Shown here piece after piece: positions 10,439 through 19,815 of a DNA stretch of 64,000 nt. The stretch lies in the IMG/VR virus record IMGVR_UViG_3300029267_004162, positions 124,001 through 188,000 of that record; one strand, given 5' to 3'. The position numbers and the translations under genes were made by a program. Position 1 is the first letter of the stretch. Each line of letters opens with the position of its first letter. The notes under the pieces were generated by a model. That model ran no database searches. It had not been told where the DNA came from and was given only the letters and a program-made list of their open reading frames with translations.

Positions 10439-10675
10439 CTATAAGGTAAAGTTGGTGGCTATCAATACCGCCTCTTGTATGAGAGAACTAATCTCGGATT
10501 GGGTTAATTTGTAGTCATAATCAGTAGCAATAATACCACTAGACGTTTGATTCATTGCCCGTGATTCACCTGTATCAGGATCGGCATAGTAAAAGGTTAC
10601 CGTACCCCCAGACACATGAGAATTGACATCACACCAGGTGCGAACTGGGATTTCAAAATCAATATCAATTGGCAT
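10439..10675 (-). CDS. hypothetical protein
   Basis: Packed ORF with RBS-like sequence upstream. Confidence 0.5.
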   Translation of the reverse strand: MPIDIDFEIPVRTWCDVNSHVSGGTVTFYYADPDTGESRAMNQTSSGIIATDYDYKLTQSEISSLIQEAVLIATNFTL

Positions 10676-11021
10676 CTCGAATCTCAGCTTGTTTAGTGGT
10701 TTGTTTAGTGAAGATATTTTCCCGACCTAACTCACCCAGCCTTCGAAGGGATTGAATGTACGCAGCTTCAAGTGGGGTATACAAATCCCTAATCTCGGAA
10801 AACCTACCAGTTACCGAAGAGAGCAGTTTTCTCTCTTTGTTCTCAAAGGACTGGTATGTCTCAATGCGAAAACTCCCCACTTCTGGTAAATACAGTACCA
10901 CATCGATTCGACCGATATACCATTCCCACCGTTCCTTGGTATCAGCATCGATGTATACGGATAGACTCCCTCTGAGAATCATATTTCGTAATTCGGATGA
11001 ATAGTTTAATCGGGCTCGCAA
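10665..11021 (-). CDS. hypothetical protein
   Basis: Packed ORF overlapping the next gene. Confidence 0.5.
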   Translation of the reverse strand: MRARLNYSSELRNMILRGSLSVYIDADTKERWEWYIGRIDVVLYLPEVGSFRIETYQSFENKERKLLSSVTGRFSEIRDLYTPLEAAYIQSLRRLGELGRENIFTKQTTKQAEIRDAN

Positions 11022-11031
11022 GGGGTACCTC

Positions 11032-11304
11032 CTACGGAAGAGATTTAGATACGGTCAAATCTAATCCACTAAGTTGAGCTGGAGTGATTGTTATCTGTGG
11101 TCTCAAAACGGTAGGAACAAACCTGACCGGAACCATGGTTTCGTTTGCTATGTTGGCCCCCACCTCAGCGGTGTATTCTAGCACAGCATCAGCCAGTTCC
11201 ACTTCTGTATCAAAAGACCCTTGTAGAATATACTGAGGATCTTCGTCCGTGGCGTTATCTTCTTTTATGAAAAGAAGGTATGGTTTTATGTCGTCGAGAG
11301 CCAA
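11032..11304 (-). CDS. hypothetical protein
   Basis: Packed acidic ORF. Confidence 0.5.
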   Translation of the reverse strand: MALDDIKPYLLFIKEDNATDEDPQYILQGSFDTEVELADAVLEYTAEVGANIANETMVPVRFVPTVLRPQITITPAQLSGLDLTVSKSLP

Positions 11305-11418
11305 CTAACACCCACCTTTGCAATGAGCCACCCGAGGAATAGTAAATCTAGGGAAAGAGAGAACCATAACACGCCTCCTAATCTTCTTCTTTATACGGGC
11401 AGAAGAGTTCTCTCTTCT

Positions 11419-11949
11419 CTATACTCCTATCGCAGCAGAAGCAAGAGTGAAGGCAGTAAAAATACTAATGGGTTTGAAGTTGTGGCAGTCTACCCCCACG
11501 TCAAGCCGATGAGTCTGAAAAGGGCTTTTCCCGTGGGAGTGTCCATGAAAGTGAAAACTCCCGTGTATTCGGCGATCCCAAGATTCCAAAGGATAATGAT
11601 CAAGGACAAAAATCCCATAATCCAAAGACAAGGTTAGACGCTGAAAAACAGACGTGAAAACTTCAGAGAGCCGCTGCTTAGGAAGACCCTGCTTAGTTTT
11701 AGGATCGTGATTACCATGAATCAGAATTACATGGCGACATTGGATTTGATTTCGCCAAAAAAGAAGTCGTCCCTTGGAATAATTTTTACAGAAGTCCCCA
11801 AGAATGAATAACTGATCTTTTTCGTCTACCGCGGAATTGATCCCCCCGATCATGGTCTCGTTCATTTCATGAGTAGAAACAAAAGGACGATCACAATGAG
11901 AAATGATTTTCTCATGATCTAAATGAAGATCAGCTGTTAACCAAATCAT
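11419..11949 (-). CDS. calcineurin-like metallophosphoesterase (phage type)
   Basis: ADLHLDH, LGD, GNHD, HYP, HGHSH, DVGVD. Confidence 0.9.
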   Translation of the reverse strand: MIWLTADLHLDHEKIISHCDRPFVSTHEMNETMIGGINSAVDEKDQLFILGDFCKNYSKGRLLFWRNQIQCRHVILIHGNHDPKTKQGLPKQRLSEVFTSVFQRLTLSLDYGIFVLDHYPLESWDRRIHGSFHFHGHSHGKSPFQTHRLDVGVDCHNFKPISIFTAFTLASAAIGV

Positions 11950-12766
11950 CTTGATACCGCTCCATCTTCATTTCCGGCAATTCAATTAGCACATAGGAGA
12001 GTCGCTTCATCTGTCCCGGCTGTACACACCAGGTCTGACCAAGTTCAGTGCGCCAAGTACCACTCACGTCTGGGGACTCGTGAATATGTCCGTGGAGTGT
12101 CATTAGTGGCTGATGGTGCTTGATAAATTGGTGTATCGCTTCCGATCCGACGGTATCCCCAGACCCACACATATCCAAACGAAGGCCCGCTGGAGGCATA
12201 TGAATGACATAGATAGCAGTTTCTGGATTTCGTGGTAGTGGTAGACAATTAAGTTCTTCTTCGATGGTTGGCCAAGCACGCATCTGGGCGGGCCAATCAG
12301 GGACATCTTCAAAGCCATCAGGCTGAGAAAGTAAGCCAGTCCCAAGTTGCCAGTCAGGGCGATAATTCTCTGTGTCCCTACGGCAACGGTCCTTCAAGCG
12401 GAAGGGGTAGTCTACTACCCAGTTCATACCGATTAGATCAAATTCATCAACTTCCAATCGCGATTGTGCTAAGTTCGTCACCAATGGATAATGGGAACAC
12501 ATCTTATCAAATTGCTCATTGTAAATACGAAGATCATCATTGCCTAGCATCGCTGCGTAACGAATCCTGGCCTCCTGATATTCTCCCAAATGTGGATCAA
12601 GGAAGTCGAAAAACTTAGCTTGCACCGTGTGTAAGTCACCACCAGACTTGGGCAATATATCACCACCGTTGACGACGATATCGACACCCAGGTCGCGGGC
12701 AATGCGGAAAATCTGCCGATACTTGGCATGGTGTCCATGAAGATCAGTAACGTAAAGCAGTTTCAT
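11930..12766 (-). CDS. Icc-related metallophosphoesterase
   Basis: TDLHG, GGD, GNDD, HMPP, HGHIHE, QPG; start taken at MKLLYVTDLHG. Confidence 0.9.
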   Translation of the reverse strand: MKLLYVTDLHGHHAKYRQIFRIARDLGVDIVVNGGDILPKSGGDLHTVQAKFFDFLDPHLGEYQEARIRYAAMLGNDDLRIYNEQFDKMCSHYPLVTNLAQSRLEVDEFDLIGMNWVVDYPFRLKDRCRRDTENYRPDWQLGTGLLSQPDGFEDVPDWPAQMRAWPTIEEELNCLPLPRNPETAIYVIHMPPAGLRLDMCGSGDTVGSEAIHQFIKHHQPLMTLHGHIHESPDVSGTWRTELGQTWCVQPGQMKRLSYVLIELPEMKMERYQDDLVNS

Positions 12767-12801
12767 ATTTTTCCTTGTGGGAATCCCATCAGTGTCTTTA
12801 T

Positions 12802-12868
12802 TAAATCGTGTGGGACTCGAACCCACATTCTCGATCGAGCGAGGCTTATCCAATTAGCTGAACGATTT
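12802..12868 (-). pseudogene. tRNA-like element (67 nt) with shortened anticodon arm, possibly a degenerate tRNA-Arg
   Basis: Minus strand: AAATCGT-TCA-GCT AATTGGATA AGC-CTCG CTCGAT CGAG-AAT-GTGGG TTCGAGT CCCAC-ACGATTT-A. Acceptor stem (7 bp) and T-arm are perfect; the anticodon arm has a 4-bp stem and 6-nt loop. Confidence 0.7.
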
Positions 12869-12882
12869 ACTTACGAACAACG

Positions 12883-14841
12883 CTACTTCTTCTCTCGTAG
12901 AATGGCAATCACTTCTGTAGCAGATGAAACCCAATCTGATGATCCTGGATACATAATCAAATAAGGACGGTCCTTACCACGTTCCAGAATTTCACGAATC
13001 TGAGTATTACGCCAGTAAAGAGTGCTCCCAAAATACTCCAAGTAAATCATAGGAGCGGCTACATAATCGTTGGACAGATCCACCAGTGCTGCCTGAGCCG
13101 TTTTGTTATCTCGGCGGTTTGGTGGTTCACAAATGGTGATATCGGCTAACTGGCAATCAATAGTGTCCTGCACCATCTTCATCAGAGGGACATAAACCGA
13201 TCGCTGATCATTGTTTGCCAATAACACGGGGTACCAGATGTATTTCACACCCTGCGGTAAATACTCCAGACCCTTCTTCACTTGTTCAAGGTCCAGGGGA
13301 TCCCCGCCTCTCCATAGATCACCCAAGCATGATTCATGTTCAAAAACCAGGGTTCGTTGACCAGAAGTTTTTAATACAGCATTCACTTCTACAGCGAACG
13401 CTTTCCAAGCATCGGGAGAATCAAACTTCCCCTTCAGCATGTCGTTGGTTTTGAGCCCAGGAATGATGGTCATATTGGGTAGACGTTCGCGAAGTTCCAT
13501 ATACAAGTCGGCGTGACCAGTATTGGTGGAAACAATAATCGTATCGGTAACCCCAGCCCAAATTTTTGCTCCAGCTACACAAGTATCTCGCTCAACCTTT
13601 CTGTCTTCTTCCCTAGAAGAACCTTGGTTCACTTCCAACCAAGGAATTAGAGGCGGGTTTGTGGTAATTGGGTCAATGACTGGTGGATCAACCGGGGGTG
13701 GATCAACAGGAGGCAGAGGTGGTTTCTCAGGATCCTCCGGTTCTGTAGCGATAGCCTTAGCGATAGCGAGAGCAGATTCAGCCCAGAGCGTTGACCCAGG
13801 ATACGGAATAATGGTCTGGGCTGAAGTATGTCTCAGTATTTCTTCTATTTGATCTGGTCGCCAATATTGCGTGTAAAAATACACAATAGGAAGAGTGGGC
13901 TTCTCAGCAACCTTAGCGATGCCTTCTGCGTTCGTCTTACGTTGGGGCGCGTACCAACTTCTCGTAGCCGCCTCACAACTGATATCGAAATCAACGAAAC
14001 GAACATCGAGAACTTCTTCTACTGCCTCGATAATTCGACTGCCTCTTTCCTTACCAGGAGACACCACTGGATACCAGATGTATCTTACACTCTTCGGGAG
14101 TAGTTGTAGACCCGCTCGAAATTTGTCGATGTCAATCTCAACTTCACCATCCCAATAAGCCTTAAGGGCGGATTCATTCTCCAAAACAACAGTTCGTTCT
14201 CCGGACGTTTCCAGAATCTCACTCACATCTTTTGCAACCAGTGCCCAACCTTCTAATGAGTCCGGGGTTGCCTTCAGTCTTTTGTAAGTTTTCATACCTG
14301 GAATAACACGAATGTCTGGACCGAAAGCTTGAAGAAGAGCATACAGACCACTTGCCCCCGGTGCAGTAGATACTATTACGGTGTCGGTTAACTCACTCCA
14401 AGTCTCTAATCCAGCAATGATACCTTTGATTCGAGTTGAATTCATATCATTGCATTCAACCCAGGGGACAAACCCTTTTGGCAGGGGTACCGGAGGTTCA
14501 AAATGAACCACCCCATTACGTCGGTCACACTCTATTTGTCCCAAAACTGCAGTTGTTACTAGATCGCCTTCTAAGAATGGCCCTTCCTTAGTCATATAGG
14601 TGGTGACAGTTCCACTAGCTGAGATGCAGACTTGAATCTCGATGACACCTAGGGGAGTAGAACTACACACCCATGCCGAGGCCATTTCATGGGTTTGCTT
14701 ACACTGAGGACAAGTCACCACCTCTTTGGTTTCTTGTAACACGAAAACAGGGTCGCCGATAGAATGAATGGGAGTGATCTGTCCATACGCGGAAAAAACG
14801 AAGAACAGACTCAAGAAAATTAACAACAGATTACGTAACAA
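12883..14841 (-). CDS. secreted protein with two tandem homologous ~250-aa domains (possibly glycoside-hydrolase-like)
   Basis: Signal peptide and CPQC. Repeats VPWVECN...TDTVIVST...IPGMKT...LENES...YIWYP and IPWLEVN...TDTIIVST...IPGLKT...FEHES...YIWYP are joined by a PPVD linker. Confidence 0.6.
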   Translation of the reverse strand: MLRNLLLIFLSLFFVFSAYGQITPIHSIGDPVFVLQETKEVVTCPQCKQTHEMASAWVCSSTPLGVIEIQVCISASGTVTTYMTKEGPFLEGDLVTTAVLGQIECDRRNGVVHFEPPVPLPKGFVPWVECNDMNSTRIKGIIAGLETWSELTDTVIVSTAPGASGLYALLQAFGPDIRVIPGMKTYKRLKATPDSLEGWALVAKDVSEILETSGERTVVLENESALKAYWDGEVEIDIDKFRAGLQLLPKSVRYIWYPVVSPGKERGSRIIEAVEEVLDVRFVDFDISCEAATRSWYAPQRKTNAEGIAKVAEKPTLPIVYFYTQYWRPDQIEEILRHTSAQTIIPYPGSTLWAESALAIAKAIATEPEDPEKPPLPPVDPPPVDPPVIDPITTNPPLIPWLEVNQGSSREEDRKVERDTCVAGAKIWAGVTDTIIVSTNTGHADLYMELRERLPNMTIIPGLKTNDMLKGKFDSPDAWKAFAVEVNAVLKTSGQRTLVFEHESCLGDLWRGGDPLDLEQVKKGLEYLPQGVKYIWYPVLLANNDQRSVYVPLMKMVQDTIDCQLADITICEPPNRRDNKTAQAALVDLSNDYVAAPMIYLEYFGSTLYWRNTQIREILERGKDRPYLIMYPGSSDWVSSATEVIAILREKK

Positions 14842-15022
14842 AACGAGTCTCCTAAAATATGATTATTTTTTCTGCGACCCATTGTCACAGGATTGTTTTT
14901 CATCACATAAGTCTTCATCGTCATCACAAGGAGGCGATTTCTCTACTACTGGAGGGAAGGCAAGTTCCCAACGGTCTTTCATCTCCTTTTCGCTACAAAA
15001 TTGGGGACGGCGTACCGATCCT

Positions 15023-15286
15023 TTACTCACTGGACGCCTCCTTCGTAGTGATGCTTTGTTCAATCAGATTTATAAGGTCGGTCATTGTTTCTATTCCATC
15101 GATTTTTTCATCAGGAATAGTAATATCGAAGGTGTCTTCAATATCCATTACTACTTCCATGATCCCCAAAGAATCGGCATCCAACTCCTTAAACGTGAGT
15201 AAGACCGTGAAGTCATCCTTGTGAACACCGAAGTATTCTTCTGCTAGAGATTGGACTTTTGCTTCAATTTCATTACGTTTCATCAT
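15023..15286 (-). CDS. acpP: acyl carrier protein
   Basis: ELDADSLGIMEVVMDIEDTFDITIPDE with the phosphopantetheine Ser (DSL). Confidence 0.9.
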   Translation of the reverse strand: MMKRNEIEAKVQSLAEEYFGVHKDDFTVLLTFKELDADSLGIMEVVMDIEDTFDITIPDEKIDGIETMTDLINLIEQSITTKEASSE

Positions 15287-15489
15287 AACAAATCCCTTTG
15301 TTTCGCTTCTACCAATTCATGAAGATACTGAGCTAAAGGAATACCGAGTGCTTGGGATTTTTCCAAGGCGGAACCCAACTCCTCATCAGTTACTTTACCC
15401 CGCATTCCCCTTTTGCCAGAAGAATACCGCCCCTTTTTAGGTGCTACCCGAGCAACTCTCCGACAATTCCTTCTCTTCATTGATTCCAT
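15283..15489 (-). CDS. small basic hypothetical protein
   Basis: AGGAG RBS; overlaps the acpP start. Confidence 0.5.
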   Translation of the reverse strand: MESMKRRNCRRVARVAPKKGRYSSGKRGMRGKVTDEELGSALEKSQALGIPLAQYLHELVEAKQRDLL

Positions 15490-15746
15490 AGTGGTCTCCT
15501 ATGACGTTAAGGAAGCCGACGACAATATACAGAGGTGCTAAGAGAGAAGCAGTTCGCCATTAACGGGAATCCCCCACCCAACAACCCCAACAACAGTAAT
15601 TGGCTTGGTCTTTTATTCAGCATGTATAAATAACGAACTATGAGAGCCCATGAAAGAACGCCCGTCCCCGCTGGTCAGGTGTGTCAATCAAGGTGCATCC
15701 ATCCTGGTCGGCCAGCCAGTCGCGGCCCATTTTCCTTTTCTTTATA

Positions 15747-16331
15747 CTATTTGGCTCGACGGCATTGGCTTTGACCCCAACAGCCACACCATTTGGCACG
15801 ATGAACGTATTTGCGTTCCAATTTCTTCATTTCGACCAGATTGGTGCTACAGATATTGTTCCAAATATCAAACCACGCAACTGAGTATCGCTGGTCACGT
15901 GGAGGTTTCCACTCGAAAACGTCGGCTTTATGAATTGTTAACCGTGCTGGGTGCCGCGAGAGCATATGTGGCCCAACAAGACTTATTACATCGGAAGATT
16001 TCTCGATAACAGTGACGTGCTCAATATTATCACACACCAAAACCAAATCTATCACTACACCCAGACCAAGACCCGCAACTAATACATTCCCACCGTATTG
16101 TTGTGCCTGAGACAAAACTCCATAGTGGTCTCGGATTTCATCTGGCGTATCTGACATAACAAGACGTGCGCCCCGCTTAAGCATAGTGTACCTTCCGGCC
16201 GGAACGAATCGGCCACCATCATTACCTATAGAAGCACGCAGACGACCCAAATTGGCTTCTGCCTCGGTTACTTCGTATCGTTCTACCGCCCATTCACCAG
16301 CACATCCAGTAGGAACGGTACTCTTATACAT
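15747..16331 (-). CDS. class I SAM-dependent methyltransferase (spermidine-synthase-like fold)
   Basis: VMSDTPDE, VLVAGLGLG, VTVIEKS, ADVF, WFDIW; start MYKSTVP. Confidence 0.8.
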   Translation of the reverse strand: MYKSTVPTGCAGEWAVERYEVTEAEANLGRLRASIGNDGGRFVPAGRYTMLKRGARLVMSDTPDEIRDHYGVLSQAQQYGGNVLVAGLGLGVVIDLVLVCDNIEHVTVIEKSSDVISLVGPHMLSRHPARLTIHKADVFEWKPPRDQRYSVAWFDIWNNICSTNLVEMKKLERKYVHRAKWCGCWGQSQCRRAK

Positions 16332-16347
16332 AACCACCTTCCGGTTC

Positions 16348-17850
16348 TCAATGAGGGAGCCTGATGCAAAACGCAGCACCATTTTCCTCTTGTTCCAGTA
16401 GTTCAATTGTGCCGTCATGCCGTTCGATGATCTGTCGGCAGATTGCCAACCCTAATCCTGTGCCTTTCGCCTTGGTGGTGAACAGGGGCTCAAACAGGTG
16501 TTCGCAGTCCTCAGGCGTGATACCAGGGCCAGTGTCCTGAATCTTAATGGTATCATAATCCTCACCCTGTTGGGCAACTATCGTAACATCCCCCTGACCG
16601 TCCATCACTTGAATGGCATTAAGCAAGATGTTGCTGATGACCTGCTGTAATTGCCCAGCATCGGCGTTTATTGAAAACGGACCCGGCTTCAGCGATATGT
16701 CACATTGAATGATCCCCGAATAAAGTTGTTCCCAACAATCTCGGAGTAACGAACCTAAATCCACCGGCTTCTTCACAGGTTCTTTAGAACGAGCCATTTC
16801 CATCATGTCACAGATAACGCGGTTGGCAGCGTTAATTTGCTGATCGATAATGTCAAGATATTCCTGTAGCCTTGGATTCTCCGTAGGCACATGCCGTTTC
16901 AGGTAATAAGCAGCGTTACGTACAGATCCCAAAGGATTGCGAAGTTCGTGTGCGATGCTCGCGGCGATCTGGCCAATAGTTGCTAGCCGAGCGTTGCGAA
17001 CCAGTTCCCCACGGGCCTTGGCCAGTTCTGCCTCGACTAGCTCCTTCTCTCTTTCTTGGCGGTCAAGTAATTCCTCCTGTGCCTTCTGTGCCACTTCCTC
17101 GGCCTGTTTGCGTTCAGTGATGTCCTGGAAGGTTCCGCACAGCTTGACTGTCTTGCCGTTCTTGACCAGGGGCTTACAGATGGCGTGAGTCCAGAGTTGC
17201 TTCCCTTTGGCCGTAGTGAAGCGCATTTCCATGTCAAATGAATCGCAATGTTCGAGGGCCTGTTCGATGGCATCTGTCAGACGTTGGCGATCATCAGGGT
17301 GGAAGAAGTTGATGGCCTCATCCAGCGGCGGCTGGTAGTTCAGGGGGACTTCGTGAATACGATAGACTTCCTCAGTCCAACTCATCTTTCTTGTGGTTGC
17401 ATCGAGTTTCCAACCGCCCACCTTCGCCATTCGCCCAGTCACATGAAGGAACTGTTGGGTTTCTCTCAGCGTCTGCTCCACTAACTTAAGATTGGTAATG
17501 TCTAGCCCCAGACCGACGAGATGTGGTTTCCCGTTGAACTCCCGACGTAAGCCGGTGAAGTAGTACGGAATTCGCTGACCATCTTTCGTCACCAAATCCG
17601 CCTCAGCATCCGCAGCACCCTCGCGGAAGACCTTCATCATTTGCTTTTCCATCATCTTTTTGACTGGGTCTTCAAAGAAATCCGGACCATACATCTCACC
17701 CAGTTCTTCATCGCTGTAGCCAGTCACCTCTCCCCATACCTTGTTCCACTTGACGAACTGCCGTTGCTCATCGAACACATAAAACAAGCCAGGCAAGCTA
17801 TTGATGTATTCCTCGGAAAGCAGTGCATCCTCCGACCACTTCATGTTCAA
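16348..17850 (-). CDS. soluble PAS-PAS sensor histidine kinase
   Basis: Two PAS/PAC domains (ending GLDIT and FQDITE); H-box AHELRNPL, N-box NILLNAIQ, G1 DTGPGI, F-box LFEPLFTT, G2 GTGLGL; no TM segment. Confidence 0.95.
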   Translation of the reverse strand: MNMKWSEDALLSEEYINSLPGLFYVFDEQRQFVKWNKVWGEVTGYSDEELGEMYGPDFFEDPVKKMMEKQMMKVFREGAADAEADLVTKDGQRIPYYFTGLRREFNGKPHLVGLGLDITNLKLVEQTLRETQQFLHVTGRMAKVGGWKLDATTRKMSWTEEVYRIHEVPLNYQPPLDEAINFFHPDDRQRLTDAIEQALEHCDSFDMEMRFTTAKGKQLWTHAICKPLVKNGKTVKLCGTFQDITERKQAEEVAQKAQEELLDRQEREKELVEAELAKARGELVRNARLATIGQIAASIAHELRNPLGSVRNAAYYLKRHVPTENPRLQEYLDIIDQQINAANRVICDMMEMARSKEPVKKPVDLGSLLRDCWEQLYSGIIQCDISLKPGPFSINADAGQLQQVISNILLNAIQVMDGQGDVTIVAQQGEDYDTIKIQDTGPGITPEDCEHLFEPLFTTKAKGTGLGLAICRQIIERHDGTIELLEQEENGAAFCIRLPH

Positions 17851-18176
17851 TCCTCATAGACGAAAATTGGGTCCAATTGTCCAAACTTTCCATCCACCCC
17901 CGCCTCAGGAGCGTCCCACGAACCCTCTAACACCATTCAATGCGAGCACCCTCACCCAAGTTTCGGATAGCACGAGCATAATTACGTACATACGTTTTCG
18001 TGTAATGACGACGGCTAAACCGAACCGGGACTGGCCACTCACCACCAACACCGCTAATAGGCGTTATCCAAACTTTAGCTAAGATCATTCATTTCTCCAT
18101 ACCGCGTGGCGCGTTTACTCGAAGACGACTTTCCCCTCCACTTCGGCGTATTTTACGATAACCCGTTTACATCCTG

Positions 18177-18665
18177 CTAGTGCAACACAACGTCAATCGG
18201 CCGAAGAACTTTGATTTCATCTCTTGGCGCAAGAATACAACTACCGTCTTGTAGAATAACTTCTATTCTACTTCGTCCCTCTCTTATATCACCAATCTTA
18301 GCCAGAATTGGATGATTTTCAATTGTGCAAGGCGAATTCCCCACTTCACCTGAAAGGAAAACGACACAGATGTCACCCTTGTGAGGGGCCGGAAAAAACT
18401 CACAGACCTTTTCTCTTAGGCAATCAAAGATTACCTTCGGAAGTAGATTAACACTGTTGACCGGACACACGTAAAAACATTTCATATTGTTGGTTATATG
18501 ATCCGGAAACGCTTCCCAAAGCCTAACCAAGTTCCCCTGATCTACCTGGATTTCTGCCTTCTTTGTCTGCTCCGCACTAGAGGCAAAGTAGAAGCCATGA
18601 TTTGACACCCACTCCATAACCGATTCACGTTCTCGCATAATTGCTCCTAACTTCTGGATCGCCAA
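18177..18665 (-). CDS. hypothetical protein
   Basis: ORF overlapping the thyX end. Confidence 0.5.
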   Translation of the reverse strand: MAIQKLGAIMRERESVMEWVSNHGFYFASSAEQTKKAEIQVDQGNLVRLWEAFPDHITNNMKCFYVCPVNSVNLLPKVIFDCLREKVCEFFPAPHKGDICVVFLSGEVGNSPCTIENHPILAKIGDIREGRSRIEVILQDGSCILAPRDEIKVLRPIDVVLH

Positions 18666-19254
18666 ATACCGCCGGTGCTTCCTGACGTAATAATTGCCGA
18701 GCCTGGATCATAAGACCGCGTATTTGGGGATGAGCGGCCGGGGCACACCTCAAATCAAAAATGTGCAACCACTCCCGGAAGTTAGCCGTACAAACGATCT
18801 CGGTTTTGAGACAGATAGGCAATGCGGCTCGCGCTATTTGAGGCTTAGCTCCAGCTTCTCTCAATTGCTCATAAGCGTGAACTGAGGCTTTTACGCCTTC
18901 CAACCAGATCGCGTGCTGTGTATCATCCAACCCAGGCGGCTCGATAACTCTCACACCACTAGAACGGCCATCACCGGCATAATCGCAGTACCGCGTAGAC
19001 TCTTGAGAATACGCTGCAAGACGATGGCGCACCAACTCATGAGTTACGCCGCGATCACAGATGAATCTCATGCCAGCTACAGCGTGTTCAAGCACAGACA
19101 TGTGCCCCCGCTTCTTAATCATCAGCACAAACTTGCCGGGGTCTCCCTGTGATTCCGATTTATAACACGTCCTACCGGCCTTCTCGATTACCTGGAGTGC
19201 ATTTGGGGTGATGCTCTCCAGTGTTACTGACGGTTTTATGATTTCATATGACAT
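18625..19254 (-). CDS. thyX: FAD-dependent thymidylate synthase
   Basis: GHMSVLEH, RGVTHELVRHRLAAYSQESTRY, ARAALP, NFREWLH...LRC...AHPQIR. Confidence 0.96.
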   Translation of the reverse strand: MSYEIIKPSVTLESITPNALQVIEKAGRTCYKSESQGDPGKFVLMIKKRGHMSVLEHAVAGMRFICDRGVTHELVRHRLAAYSQESTRYCDYAGDGRSSGVRVIEPPGLDDTQHAIWLEGVKASVHAYEQLREAGAKPQIARAALPICLKTEIVCTANFREWLHIFDLRCAPAAHPQIRGLMIQARQLLRQEAPAVFGDPEVRSNYART

Positions 19255-19274
19255 AAATGTCCTCTTATGGATTG

Positions 19275-19505
19275 TCAATTGAACCCCTTGATAAACTCAC
19301 GCATTTTAGCTTCAGTGTTGAGGTGGCCGCCTACGAGTAATCGTGAACCCAGTTGCATCCCAGTGTGCCCTTGAGTTTCGGGATGTTTGCCTAGATCGGA
19401 GAACATAGATGTAAATGCTTGTTCCAAGTCTCCGTCATCAACCAATGCTAAGGCTCGCTCTTTGCACCACGTCACGTGTTCATTTCTAGTCATCTCATCC
19501 CTCAC
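19275..19505 (-). CDS. small phage hypothetical protein
   Basis: HVTWCKERAL...SMFSDLGKHPET; packed ORF. Confidence 0.6.
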   Translation of the reverse strand: MRDEMTRNEHVTWCKERALALVDDGDLEQAFTSMFSDLGKHPETQGHTGMQLGSRLLVGGHLNTEAKMREFIKGFN

Positions 19506-19810
19506 TCGATTATTTCTTCGCCAACACTGGCGAATGCTTCATCAAACACTGCCCTAGCAATCTCCATCGCTTCATCATCGGACAAGTCCAAGTTGGACCA
19601 CAGAGTAGCATTGGCTAATGTGGTCCGACCCTTCCCAACAGAATAACCATCGAACAGCAAGTCCCCTTGATTGCCACCAATGCAACGATAATGACCTCGC
19701 ATACAAGAAGAGAGCGCCTCTGCCCTCCTGATCTCGGTGATAGAGGGATCGGCGAACCGTGATTTTGCTGCAAAATTCAGTACAAACGGTTGCTTCAATG
19801 GGTATAGCAT
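19502..19810 (-). CDS. hypothetical protein
   Basis: Packed ORF. Confidence 0.5.
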   Translation of the reverse strand: MLYPLKQPFVLNFAAKSRFADPSITEIRRAEALSSCMRGHYRCIGGNQGDLLFDGYSVGKGRTTLANATLWSNLDLSDDEAMEIARAVFDEAFASVGEEIIE

Positions 19811-19815
19811 GGTAG

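Noticed and set aside
15660-15730. ZMP/ZTP (pfl) riboswitch
   Set aside because: GCGACTGGC resembles its 5' motif, but P1 pairing and the 3' CGCCTGGGC element are missing.
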